DNA from: Moniliella sp. 'wahieum'
Lineage: Eukaryota
Assembly (NCBI GenBank): GCA_003971905.1
Contig: RSEE01000111.1
Location: forward strand, 1-64,000
Direction of reading: 5' to 3'
Length of the DNA stretch: 64,000 bases
A model generated the notes under the pieces. The model ran no database searches and was not told the DNA's origin. It saw only the letters and a program-made list of their open reading frames with translations. Of the stretch, positions 1-12,162 are shown one piece after another; position 1 is the first letter of the stretch, and each line of letters starts with the position of its first letter. A program made the translations under genes and the position numbers.

Positions 1-458
1 AGAGAGTTATGCGAGGCGATAGCTCGCTACCCGAAGGGGAGAGGAGTTATGCCGAGGCGATAGCTCGCTACCCGAAGGGAGAGAGAGTTATGCCGAGGCG
101 ATAGCTCGCTACCCGAAGGGGGAGAGAGTTATGCCGAGGCGATAGCTCGCTACCCGAAGGGGAGAGAGTTATGCCGAGGCGATAGCTCGCTACCCGAAGG
201 GGAGAGAGTTATGCCGAGGCGATAGCTCGCTACCGAAGGGGAGAGAGTTATGCCGAGGCGATAGCTCGCTACCCGAAGGGGAGAGAGTTATGCCGAGGCG
301 ATAGCTCGCTACCCGAAGGGGAGAGAGTTATGCCGAGGCGATAGCTCGCTACCCGAAGGGGAGGAGAGTTATGCCGAGGCGATAGCTCGCTACCCGAAGG
401 GGAGAGAGTTATGCCGAGGCGATAGGCGATAGCTCGCTACCGAAGGGGAGAGAGTTAT
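1..458. repeat. Tandem array of a 40-bp unit GGAGAGAGTTATGCCGAGGCGATAGCTCGCTACCCGAAGG, about 11 copies, running off the window start
   Basis: Near-identical head-to-tail units with no spacers. There are occasional 1-nt indels and a 7-nt duplication (GGCGATA) near 418-431. Confidence 0.97.
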
Positions 459-460
459 AC

Positions 461-990
461 CATTTCTTGTTCAATAAACGCCATCATGTACTTATCCACA
501 TCGACCGCGCCTGTTTCGGACTGGAAACTGTCCTGGGTTAGGATACGACGACGTTTGCGGTCGTCAGCGGCGGGGTCGGACCCGCCGGCGCGCACCCCAA
601 GTCCACTTGCATTGCTCGTGGTAGTGTTGCTGTGGGAGGTGTTGGTGGGGGTGGTGGGGGTGGTGGGGTCCTTTTTGCGTTTTTACCAGGCCCCTCGAGG
701 CGGTGCAAGTCGATGCCAGCACCGGGTCCCGTGGAGCGTTTGAGCTGCCGCAAGACAAGTATGTCCGCCACGGCACTACCTCCTTGGTCGTCATCTCCTC
801 TTGATCGTGGTCTTTTTCGTGGTCTTTTTCTTGGTCGTGCTTGTGGGTTTGGTCGTGTGGTGTGGGTCGTGGTCGTGTGGCGACTGCGGGTGGCTCTCGT
901 CGAAGAGCAGCCGGAGCGGCGCGGCGTTCTTCTTGCCGCGCTTCTTGAACAGCGGCGCAGCATGCGGACGATGCGAGGGCGGTGGTGCGA
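461..990 (-). CDS. 5' part of a Tls1/C9orf78 (Hep_59 family) spliceosome-associated protein; frameshifted, start codon uncertain
   Basis: The minus strand reads PLFKKRGKK near 940, then ADILVLRQLKRSTGPGAGIDLHRL, then DDRKRRRILTQDSFQSETGAVDVDKYMMAFIEQEM ending at 461. This matches the Hep_59 core F-x-x-[EQ]T-x-x-x-DVDK-x-MM-x-[YF]IE. It is followed by GT at 460-459. Confidence 0.8.
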
Positions 991-1287
991 TCTGAGATGG
1001 GAAAAGGGACGCACTCCAATATGCACCCCCCCCTGGTCACGTGCGTGCATTCCGCGCAGGCGGAATGGGAGTGGGCACCCAAATTCCAAAGCGCGGGGGT
1101 AGGCCGTGGGGGTGGGCGCGCACAGACCAGCACTGGCTATCAGACCATCCCGCCTTCATCGGCCAACATCCATCCATCCATCCGTACTACTCCCATGTAT
1201 CCCACTCCCATCCATCCCATCGCAATCCCATCCCCCCCCATCCCATCCCCCACGCCAGACACGGCAGCCACGCGGCTCCACATGCGC

Positions 1288-1351
1288 CCCGCAGCTCTCC
1301 CCATGGCGCCAACCACCCGCAGCTCTCCCCATGGCGCCAACCACCCGCAGC
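1288..1351. repeat. 28-bp direct tandem duplication in the divergent promoter between Tls1 and glycogenin
   Basis: CCCGCAGCTCTCCCCATGGCGCCAACCA occurs twice, plus a partial third copy. Confidence 0.85.
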
Positions 1352-1521
1352 AGATAGCATCACCCGTAGCCAAAGTATGTCTTGGGTGGGTTTGTGGTCG
1401 GCTACCAGTGGGCTTATCATCCATCGCACCCCACGCCACCACCTCCTCCCCTTCCACCTCCATCCCCACGCCCACCACCTCCACCTCCACCTCCACCTCC
1501 ACCATCCGCGCGCACACCCCC

Positions 1522-4500
1522 ATGGGCGCCTGCGCATTCGCCACGCTCGTCACCACCGACAGCTTCCTGGCTGGTGCGCTGGTGCTCGCCGCGTCGCTGC
1601 GGCGGCACCACGGGCACGCCTACCCGCTGCTGGTGCTGTGCACGCCCGCCACGCTGGCCACCGCGACGCTGCAAGCGCTCCGTCTGACGTTCGACGTGGT
1701 GGTCGGCGTGGAACCTATTGCGCTCGCCTCGATCCTCGCTGACCGTCTGGCGAGTGTACTACCGCACGTGCCTGGTGCACGCGACGCCCACGCTGCGCTC
1801 ACTGCGCGCTTGGCGCTGCTCCGCCCCAACCTGCCCAGCGACACGGACACGGACCCCGAGGGCCGCTGCGCACTGACCAAGCTGCACCTGTGGCGCTTGA
1901 CAGCGTACGAGCGAATCGTGTACCTCGACGCGGACATGTTAGTGGTTGGAGATCTCAGTGCGCTGTTGCACCCGGCCGCTGTGCCTGTGGACAACCGTTT
2001 CCACCCCGGTGGGAGAGCGAGTACCGGTGCAGCACTACGACGTCCTTTACCTCGTTGTCTACCGCCTCCGCTGCTTGCTGCCCCTGACCCCGCGTGGCCC
2101 GACACGTTCAGCACAGCCGTCTTGTCCCTCCAGCCGTCGGTCACCGTCGCCGAGTGGGTGCGCGCGTTCCTCGCTGACGTCGGGTCATGGGACGGCGCCG
2201 ACCAGGGATTGTGAATGACTTTTTTGGTGCTCCACTTGGTTCGGCTTCGTCGGACAGGGATCCTGATCCGCGTTCTGGGTCTGGTTCGCGTCCGGGTGCA
2301 GGGCCTGCCTTCACCACAGCTTCAATCCCGCCCCCGTCGGACGGTGGCTTTGATTTTGACTTTGACTTCGATCCCTATCCTCCTCCGACGACAACAAAAC
2401 AACAACAACAACAGCTTTCCCACCACGTGTACCCCCCTTCACCTCTTCCTCTTCCTGCGCATCTTGTTCTTCATCTTCTTCCTCTTCGTCCGATGAACGT
2501 GCTGACCCGCCCTTCGTACCGCGCCGACGCACACGCAGCGCGCTCGCAACCACCACTGCTACTGCTCCCGCCCGTCGCTCCCCGCTCGCCCACCGCCCAC
2601 TCGGCTCCAGCAAGAGTATCAGTCTACACACCAGTCCTACCAACAGCCTCACCAAGAGCCCCAGTATGGGTATAAGCACCAATATGGGTATGAGTACGGG
2701 TGGGGGTACGAGCACCAGTATGAGTGTGGGTGGGAGTGTCGAGACGGAAGAACGTCCATTGGGCGGACGACAATTTTGGGGCACGTGGGACGCGACTGCG
2801 CCCGATACGGTACGCGCTTTGGAGCAGTGGCACGGGCCTGGTTGGTGCCCGCTTCGGTTCGGGTTCAACGTCCCGGTCCAAGGTGGTTACACGTACGTTG
2901 ACTTCGGTTTGGTTATGGTTTTGCTTTTGGTTATGGTGTTGGTTGGATTGGGGTGGGTGGGGGGGGGGGTTGCGATCTCTCTCTCTCGCTCTCGCTCTGT
3001 CTTTCTCTTGTTCGTTCCACCCTTCGTTCGACCGGTCTGATCGCAGGGAGTGGGGGTGGGGGGGGGTGGGATTGGACGGAGAGGGAGAAGGAGTGGGAGA
3101 GAGAGAGATGGCATCCTACTTACGCAGCGCGTACCAGCCCACCGTCCCACCGTACTAACAAAGCACGCTGACTGAGTACTGAATACTGACACTCTGTGAC
3201 TCTGTGACCTGATCTGATCGGATTGCCCCGCTTGCGCACTCCACCCTACTCTACGCCACGCTACGCTACTCTACCACCAGACACGTGCCCGCACTCCGAC
3301 GGTACGCAGACCAAGTGCGCGCCGTACACTTACTGGGTGGGGCAACAAACCCTGGGACCGCCTTTGCCCGATCGCTTACCCGCCCCTCCGTCCGACGGCA
3401 ACGGCAATGGGAGTGGAAGTGGAAGTGGGAGTGAGAATGGGAGTGGGAGTGGGAGTGGGAGTGGGAGTGGGATGACGGATTACTTTACGCAGTGGTACGA
3501 TCTGTTTCGGTGGGAATTTGCTGATCCGTGGCACGCTTGGCAGCACACGTCTTCCATCCCCCCGCCCACCACCACACCACCACCACTGCCACCAACAACC
3601 TCAACCTCAACCTCAACCTCAACCTCCACGGCAACGTCCACGGCAACGTCCATGGCAATGACAATTCCTACCCCACCAACGCCACCACCAACGCTACCAC
3701 CACCAGTGCACCGTACTCGCAAGCGCAAACGCAAGCGCAAACCTACTTTGACGTGATCCATACCGACCGAGGCATCGAAGTGGTGGAACGTACGTTGCCC
3801 CCAGGCCAACCCCACCCTCACGCCCACCCCCAACCCCCAAGTCAATCCCAAACCCAACTCCAAGGCCAAGGCCAAGGCCAAGGCCAACGTCAAAGTCAAC
3901 CGCAACCGCGAATCGGGACCGAGGTAACGTACACCCAAGTCATCTGGGACCTGGTGCACAAACTCGATCGCGAACGTAGGGCCGCGTACTACGCCCCGGG
4001 GGGCATCGGGGCCGACTTGGCGTCCGCACCAGATCGATCCCTTGATTCACATATCTGCTCCGTTCCTGGTGCTGCTCCCGATGGTGGTGGTGGTAGTGGG
4101 GATATCACACCCATCGGATCCATCGCGTCCCACGTGTCGCCCTTGACACCGGCACACGCACCCGGACCTGTACCAAGTCGGAACAGGATAATGCCCACGT
4201 CCACGCCCACGCCCACGCCCACGTCCACGGCCACCACTGCAGTGCCTGACCCCTTGGGGGTGGAAGTACGTTCACGCACGTTCCCGCCTCCTCCTCGTGC
4301 TGCTGCTCGTGCTGCTACTTCGGGCCGCACGACCCCAGGGGCGGAACACTACACCCCATTGGCCAACCCACTTGCCCCCCCTGAGGATGGCAATGGGAGT
4401 GGGGGTGGGAGTGGGCTCGGCACGTACATCAGTTTGCCCTTGGAAACCGGCTCACATTGTTGCCCCTGCTTTGGCACATCTCCGTCGCCGGCCCAGCGAC

Positions 4501-6262
4501 ACGATCGACACGCTCGAACCGCTCGAGTCTCCCTTCCTGTCGGAATGGCCGTTGGCACCGACGTTCCCCACTTCTTCCCCAACCTCATCCACGTTCCGCT
4601 TGGCCCCACACGCTCATCCACGCACCTCGTTCCCGCTTCACCACCTTGCCCACCACCACCACCACCACCCAGCCACAGCATCACTTGGTCCACCAGGTTT
4701 CCACTCACCCGTCCTCCCCGTCGTACCTTTCGTACCCTTCTTATCCTTCTTATCCTTCCTCTACGTCTTACGCTATAGCCTCCTACCCTCCACTTATGGA
4801 CCGGGCCAAACGCCGGCGCCGACGCACCGTCTCCGTCGCCGCTGTGCGCCCACCTACACCCCCACCGCCACGCACACGTGCATCCACACGTACACGCACA
4901 CTTTCAGCTGCTGCCGGCGGTCCAGCCATGGGTACAGGTCCAGTCGGCGGTACAGGTTCAGGCCCAACCGTCGGTACAGATACACGCGCCGACGAGTCAA
5001 CAGGAGAAGAACAGGAACTACCTGCTACTCTGTACTCGCTCCGCGACACACAGCACAGCGACGTAACCACCGTCGAGCGATAAGTTCACATTCACATTCA
5101 CATTCACATTCGCCTTCCCCTCGTCCTCTCCCTCCTCCTCCTCCTCCTGGCGCTGTACCCTTCCCAGCGCTAGCGCCGGACCGTGCGTCCGCCTCCCCAC
5201 CCGCGCGCGCCCCGGTGCAGCTCCCAGTACAGCTCCCGGTCCAGATGTCGGTCCAGGTGTCGGTCCAGGTGTCGGTCCAGGTGTCGGTCCAGGTCCTGGG
5301 GGTGGCCTGCCACGTAGGTTGCGCTACCGGAACGCATGGGACGCTGATCCTGCCATTGCCCGGTTCGCCCATGCGTATCTACAAAAGTTCACGCCTGCGT
5401 CTTCCCCGACGCTGCTCGCACCAGCACGGACTTTGCGCCGTCTCGGTACCCCCGGGCCGCTCCACCTCGGTCGCCAACTACCGTGCTGCGTCCTGCCTAC
5501 TCTGCCCTGGGGAGTGCGCGGGGTCAGGGTCAGGGTCAGGGAGGGACTCGTCCTGCCGTCCCAGTGCACGGTCGTGCGGTGGACGTGCAGCACGCGGAGG
5601 ATACCCAGGGTACGCAGGACGCGGGGTCGAGTGGTCCCCCTCGCGCTACATCTCGTGGGTCAGGGGACACTGGCACCTTGCACACCTTCCCGACCCACCT
5701 CAGCCCCTCCACATCCGTGTCCCGCTCCTGCACTTACCTTACCAACCTGGACCCGGTACAGTTACCCTCCCCCGCCTCGGCGCACACTTCGTACCGCTCC
5801 TCCGGCCCTGGATCGCACGTCCAAGCACACGCCCAACCACACGCTCAAGCACACACCCAGGCACACGCTCAAGCACACACCCAGGCACACGCTCAAGCAC
5901 ACGCCCAAGCTAGAGGTAAATCCAAAGCATCTGTTCGGACGCGAACGCGGACGCGGACGCTGTCCCCACTGCCCTGGTCCCTTCCCGGTTACGGTCGAGG
6001 CAGGAAGTACCACGAGCACCGGCACCGGTTCCGGTACCCGCACCGGCGCAGACCGAGGCAGCTCAATGGCAAAGTGGCTCGGATGTGGATTCGGACGTCG
6101 AGTCTAATACGCTTTCGTGCTCTGTTGTCGAATCTGAGTCCGAGTCTGGGTCCGAGGCGCAGGGGGTCCGAGGCTGGGTCTGAGTGGGAGCGCGAACCCG
6201 GTCCTGATCCCGATCCCGATGAAGACGACGTCGAAGAAGAGGAGGAGGATGTGGACGAGTAG
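1522..6262 (+). CDS. Glycogenin-like GT8 glycosyltransferase with a long low-complexity C-terminus; intron 2893-3280; 3' end approximate
   Basis: Motifs seen: AFATLVTTDSFLAGALVLAASLR, LTKLHLWRLTAYERIVYLDADMLV (DxD), AAPDPAWPDTF, GSWDGADQGL-NDFFG, WCPLRFGFNV, GGYT|HVPALRRYADQVRAVHLLG, NKPWDR (in a shifted frame), and a late YRNAWD motif near 5325. Confidence 0.85.
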
Positions 6263-8212
6263 GAGGAGCAAGCACAAGTGCAAGTGCACAAGTGCAAGTG
6301 CAAGTGCAAGCGCACGCACTCGAGAGCAAGACTCCCCAAACTTGGCCGCACCACCACCTTCGCTCTCCTCATCGCTAAACCTATCGCTGTCCTCATGGTT
6401 ATCCTCATGGCTGTTGCGGACGCGGTCCGCGCCGTGCCCCGTCCAAGGTCGGGGTCAGGGTCAGGGCCAGGTGCAGGGCCAGGTGCGGGGTCGGGGTAGG
6501 TGGTGGAGCGGTCCAAGTGGAGTCCTGCGTCCCCCCCCCCCCCTCCACAACCACAACCACAAGCACATCCGCAAGCACAAGCACAACCACAACCGTAGTC
6601 ACGGCCCTCACCACGGTTGCAAGCACAGGCACAGGCACGTGCGTCGCCGCCCCGGTGCCGGTGGAGCTCCGCTCTGTAGGCACAGCGTGCACGTGGCGGT
6701 GGTACGGGCGGGGCTTTGTTTGATGCGGCGGGCAGTGTAGGTGCAGATGGTGCTTTCTACGGGCGCAGAGGTGTGAGAGATGTGGAATGATTAGTGAACA
6801 CCCAGTGGCAGAATTGCAATTGGGGAATGGGGGAATAGGTGAATGGGTCAGAAGGAGAAGGAGAAGGATGCGGCTGGGGTACGGGGCAGGTGGTAGAGCG
6901 AGTGTAAGCATAGGATGTAAGTACTCGTACGTGGATACGGCTACCGCGACGTGTTCTGATAACCCAGAACTGACAACCGACAAGGGAAGTACGACACGAA
7001 CGACAAGAACGACAGGAACGACAAGAACGCAAGCGTCGACTGATGCAGGAAGGATGAAAGGGACACGACCCTGCAGCAACCCATACCCCATACCCCCCCC
7101 CGTGCCCGATCCTAACCGTTAACGGTAGTAACCGTAGTAACCAGTAAGCCTTCTTTCCACGCCGTATTCAAGTGAAGAGGGATCATCTCTTTTCGTTGGG
7201 TTTCTTTCCCCCATGGATGGCGTAAAGATCACAGCTGATCAACGTTAGTCAATGGTCCACACCTACTATATTGCGCGAGGTTACCATCACTATCGTACCA
7301 CCACTTTCACTTCCACTTCCACCGCCGCTCACGGCCCACCGCCCATGGTCCACAGCCATCTGGCTCCCTACCTAACCTTGGGCTTGGGGGTTGCGTCAGA
7401 GCCTCTTGGGCAATCATTAATCTGGCATCACAACCGAACACCGAACCACCAACCAAACCAAAAAAACGAAAAGCAAAGCAAGCAGCTGTAGAGCTCAGTC
7501 GACAGGACTATGCGAGGACTCCGCACGGCTGGCCAAGGCCAAGCACGGTAAGTCACGGCAAAGGCAAAGCAAACCAAGGCAAGGCAAAACAAGGCAAAGC
7601 AAACCAAGGCAAGGCAAAACAAGGCAAGGCAAAAAGACTGAGAACTGGCACCGTACGGTAGGGTACGGTACTGTACTAGGGGTAGGACTGGCAGCAAATT
7701 AAGAGGAGGTATACCGCTCGTTTGGTTCGGGGCAAAGGACAATGGGTAAAGGGCAAAGGGTAAAGGGTAAAGGGCAAAAGGGAAAGGGGAAATGGCAAAG
7801 CGGGGAGGAAAAGGGGTAGGGGAAAGGGCGCGGAGAGAAGGTACGCGTTACGAGCAAGAAAAGTAGCCAAAACGCCAAGAACAGAAAAGAAAAAGAAAAG
7901 AAAAGAGTCCCAAGGGAGGGGGCGGGGGGAAGGGTGTGTGGGCGCACGCCAAACACGCAGACAGTGCACCAAAACACACCCCCAACTGTACGTCCCGCCA
8001 CTTCCACTTCCACTTCCACTTCCACTTGCACCACCGCGCCGCGCCGTACGCCAACCAATAACATAGCCCGGCAAACAAGGCACAAAAGCCAACACGGCAA
8101 GAAAAGAAAAGGAAAGAAAAGGCACATTAAGGTAAGGGTAGTATGGGGTAGTCAAGGTACCGGGGTAGTAAACGGGTGTAGTAGGATAAGGGTAGGATAA
8201 GGGTAGTAGCAA

Positions 8213-8245
<33 letters not shown>
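8213..8245. repeat. G homopolymer (~33 nt) inside a purine-skewed, microsatellite-rich intergenic tract (about 7550-8420)
   Basis: Seen directly, flanked by (AAGGC)n, (CTTCCA)n and (GCAAA)n repeats. Confidence 0.9.
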
Positions 8246-8246
<1 letters not shown>

Positions 8247-8494
8247 ACGTGTGAAACGGATTCCAAACAAAAAGGAGAGGAGAGGAGGGCCAACGAGAGG
8301 AACCGAGGAACCGAGGAAAAGAGCAACCGAGGGGGGAAGAGAACAAAAGTTAAAAGAAAAGGCACAGCAAAGCAAAGCAAAGCAAAGCAAAAGAAGGAGA
8401 AGGACGAGGGGGGAGGCCAGGTCGGCTCTTCGTCTCTTGCAATCAATCTAGTTGGATAGTCATCGTACGGTTTTGGGTTGGGTAGGGGCTTGGC

Positions 8495-11492
8495 TTAGGG
8501 TTGAAGAGGTACCCTACCACCGTCAGCTTCGCCTGACCCCTTGACCCCTTGCCTCCCGCGGCCGGCGCGGGAACGACGAGGGTCCAACGAATCATGACAA
8601 GACACCACACCACAACATACCCTAGAGCACTGCACGACACCGACCCACCGCCCACGCGCCATCCGCCATCCAGCGCTTAGGTCGCCACGTACTGTGCATC
8701 GACACGGCCCTGCGCGGTCTAGGAGCGGGTAGGCGTGGTGGAGGAGAGGGAGAGGATCAGCGAACGGGTCGAGCTCGATCTCCACCTCGTCGTGATCAGC
8801 ACCAGCATGGGGACCAGTTTGGACACCAGGAGCCGGGTGGGAAGCTTGGTTGTACGCATCGCGAATGCGCTGGGACTCGGTGACCGACTCGGACCCCGAT
8901 AAGGCAGTCAAAGCAGTCTGGCCTGACCAGGCAGGCGAAGCGGGGATAGCAGCCAAGCCAGGTGCACGGTAGAGCCACGTTCCATCCGTTCTTCGCCCCA
9001 ATTGGATCCCATGCCTGTTCCTACGGACCCACCAATCGACCCGCCAATCGACGCACGCTGCGACCGCACAGATTGACGCGCCGTCACGATTGCCGCCGTG
9101 TGCTCGGCAAAGGGGTTGCCGCTCGAGGTGTGCTGGGCGAATCGGACGCTGGGTGGCCATGCGCTTGCGCTTGTCCTGCACCGTATGGGTCATGGGTGGG
9201 ATGTTCGTCTTCATCTTCCGCGTTCGGGTCCCAAGTTTCGCGTAGGCTCATCCCTGTGCCCATGCCCATGCCTGTGCCCATTCCATGCCGGTGCCCATGG
9301 AGCGCACGGTAGGTTCCGCTGCATGACGCTCGTGCCCCATACCGGTTCATCTTTTTCGCGCGTCTGTGTGCGAGGCTCGCTTGGCGATCGCGTTTGCGTC
9401 GGTACAGTAGGGCAGCTACCACGCCTGCAGAGAGGAGTGCGACGAGCGGGATGAATGTGCCGAGTAACGCTGTGGGGTTGGTATGGTGGTCCCATTGTGC
9501 GATTGGGCATTGAGTTGTGCGCTCTTGCTTGTTCCCCCACCCGAGGAGAGCACGTTAAATCCCACGGTGAGAAGCGAGGCGAGTTGCGTGTTGATCCCAG
9601 GTGCTTGGGCTGTGAACAAAGCCGAATTCGCTTGGTTGACATTATTTTGTAGTGTGCTCACGAGCCGAGTGGGGATGTAAGCCTCATATGTCGTTTGCGC
9701 ATGCGCATTCGTCCCGTCCTCCACTTGCCCAGGGGCATGGTACGCGTTCAACCCCACCGTCACAACTTGCTCGGACGACACGTTCAGTCCAACCGATACC
9801 ACTGTCGGCATGAAACTGAACAACTGAGCAGGTAACTCCCCCGCGTCGCACCAGCCACATCCGACCACAGTACACGCTCCGTAAACAGAAGCGAGATACT
9901 CGTCGTGTTCTCTGGCTGCGCTGGCGCTCCATTCATAGGCGCAATCGATTCGGGTAACACCACCGTCGCACCAGTAGGCGTAGCACTCGCAACGCTCCCT
10001 GTGGCTAAGGTGTTGCTACCCCCATTGCCACTCCCAGTGCCCTCCCGCTGCTGGGACTGCTGCTGCTACTGCTTCCGCCAGGGAGGAGAAGCGAACGCGT
10101 AGGCGCGTACGTGTACCAGTTCGTGTACGACGCACTGCTCGACCCTCCCGAGCCTGAGCCTGAGCTTGAACTGCTGGCATTCGCACTGGAGGGCGCAGAA
10201 CTGGCGTGCCCGTGCCACTGGGTATGCGACGAACTTGTCCCCGTCCCGTTCGATCCGTACCAAGAGGAAGAAGAAGGAGAGAACGAAGAGGAAGAGGAAG
10301 GGGAAGACGAAGCACTGGAGCTAATACTCGATCCCGAGCTCAAGCTCGAAAAGGAAGAAGAAAGAGATGCGGTTCCCGTAGCATTGGCTGAACTACTTCC
10401 GCTCACCGACGACGCGAGCGTAGACGAGCCGAGGTACGACGTCGCACCCGACGCACTGGAGGAAGAGCCAAACGATGAATGTTGCCAGCCGAACTCGCGC
10501 CCGAGCTCACACCCGAACTCACACTCGAGCTCAAGCTGCCGCTGGCACTGGCACTGGACGAGCGGGTGTAAGAGCGCGAGCGCGAATGCGAGGAAGTCCA
10601 CGAACCGCTGGACGAGGAAGCTCCACTAGAGAAGGAGGAACTGCTGGCCGTAGGGATGGGAAGCCAACTGGGCCAAACCGAGCTGGACGCTGAGCTGGCC
10701 GAACTGGCTGAACTGGACCCCGAGCTGAGCGTAGAGGAGTGGTGGTGGTGCGAGTGGGAACTGGTACTGCCACTGCCACTGGAGCTGGGGCTGGAACTGG
10801 CGTTCGAGTCGGAGGGGGAGGGAGGCGGTGGAGCTGCGCGAGGCGGAGGGGAGGAGGAGGAGCCAAGGATGGACGTGAGGCAGTCCAGGCCGACGCAGGC
10901 ACTAGAGCTGGCGCTAGAGCTGGCGCTGGGACTGGAGGAGTGGGAGCGGGAGCGGGAGCTGGCGTGGGACGTTGGGATGCCGAAGAGCTGGGCGAGGAGG
11001 AGGCGGAGGAAGAGTGGGAGTGGGAGTGGGACGAGCTGGGGCTGGAGGAGAGCTGGAGCTGGAGCTGGAGGACGACTGGAATGGATCCCACCAGGGGGTG
11101 CTGTCCGCGCAGAGGAAGAGGAAGAGGAAGAGGAAGAGGGGGTCTTGCTTGCACTCTTGCTCTTGCTACTGCTCTGCTTGCTGCTGTCGTTGCTCTTGTG
11201 GTGGGTACTGCTGCTGCTCTTGTGGTGGTGCTGCTGTGCTGCTCTTGTGGCGGTGGTGGCTGCTGCTGGGACTGGTCCCACGGAAGCTGGTCCCACCAGG
11301 GCGTGGAGGAGGCCGAGTCGGGGTCGGAGCCTAGCAGGTCCGAGGGCCAGGCGAACTGCTGGCGCGGGCGGTGGGCATGCTGGGCGTGGCGCGGGGAGCG
11401 TGGGCGGTGCTGCGCGTGTGTGCGTGTGCGTGGGTGGTGCCGAGGAGGGCGAGGAGGGCGAGGAGGAGGAGGGGCAGGGCAGGCAGGCGCAT
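8495..11492 (-). CDS. msb2: Msb2/Hkr1-type signalling mucin; frameshifted, 3' end approximate
   Basis: Signal peptide MRLPALPLLLLALLALLGTTHA starts at 11492, followed by a long Ser-rich mucin region. An HMH-like domain (ELPAQLFSFMP...TTYEAYIPTRLVSTLQNNVNQANSALF...QLASLL) precedes a TM segment ending VAALLYRRKR and a cytoplasmic tail. Confidence 0.8.
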
Positions 11493-12162
11493 CGAAACGA
11501 GTGTGGCGGCGCAGGCAAACGAGGGTGGGAGCGAAGCGCAGCCGCGGCCAGCGAGCGAGACGAGGGGGGGGGGGGGAGGAGGGGAGGAGGAGGAGGAGAG
11601 AAAGAAAGAAACACCACACACCACACGAACGTCTGCTTCTCTGCGGAGTACAACTCCCCAGTCCAGCCATATCCAGCCCACCTGCGTCGAACGTCTCTGC
11701 GCTGCTATACTATCCATTGGTTGCCCCAATCGAGGCTATATCCCAGCTCCGCTACGCCCCCGCACGGGACCAGTGTGGGACGCCACCGGGGCGGGGCCAG
11801 TGTGGCGCCACGCCCCCAAAGCGCGCGCGATCACCGCCGCCACGGCGCCCGTGTGGCGCGCCTGTCGCGCGCGCCCCGCACGGCGCCCACTGCGCCACCC
11901 GCCGCCCGCGCCAGGAACACTCCAACCCTACTGCCCTGCGCCCAGCACGTGCTCCCACATCACACCCCTCACATTGTCACATGTCACATCGCCACCTTCT
12001 CACATGTCACACTCCCCCGCCACACTCCCCCAGGTGGCGCTGGCTCTCTCTCTTCTCTCTCTCTCTCGGCGGTTTCTCCTGGGACGCTCCCTCGCACAGT
12101 CGCAGATTCCATCTCGATGAATCGAGAACCCCACTGTGGTTTCAAGGCTCCCCCCCGTTTAT

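Noticed and set aside
1..458. CRISPR array
   Set aside because: The units are contiguous with no unique spacers, there are no cas genes, and the context is eukaryotic.
7145..7240. Possible H/ACA snoRNA (GATC...GATC-ACA-GCT hairpin)
   Set aside because: No convincing H box and weak upper-stem pairing; cannot be supported without a covariance search.
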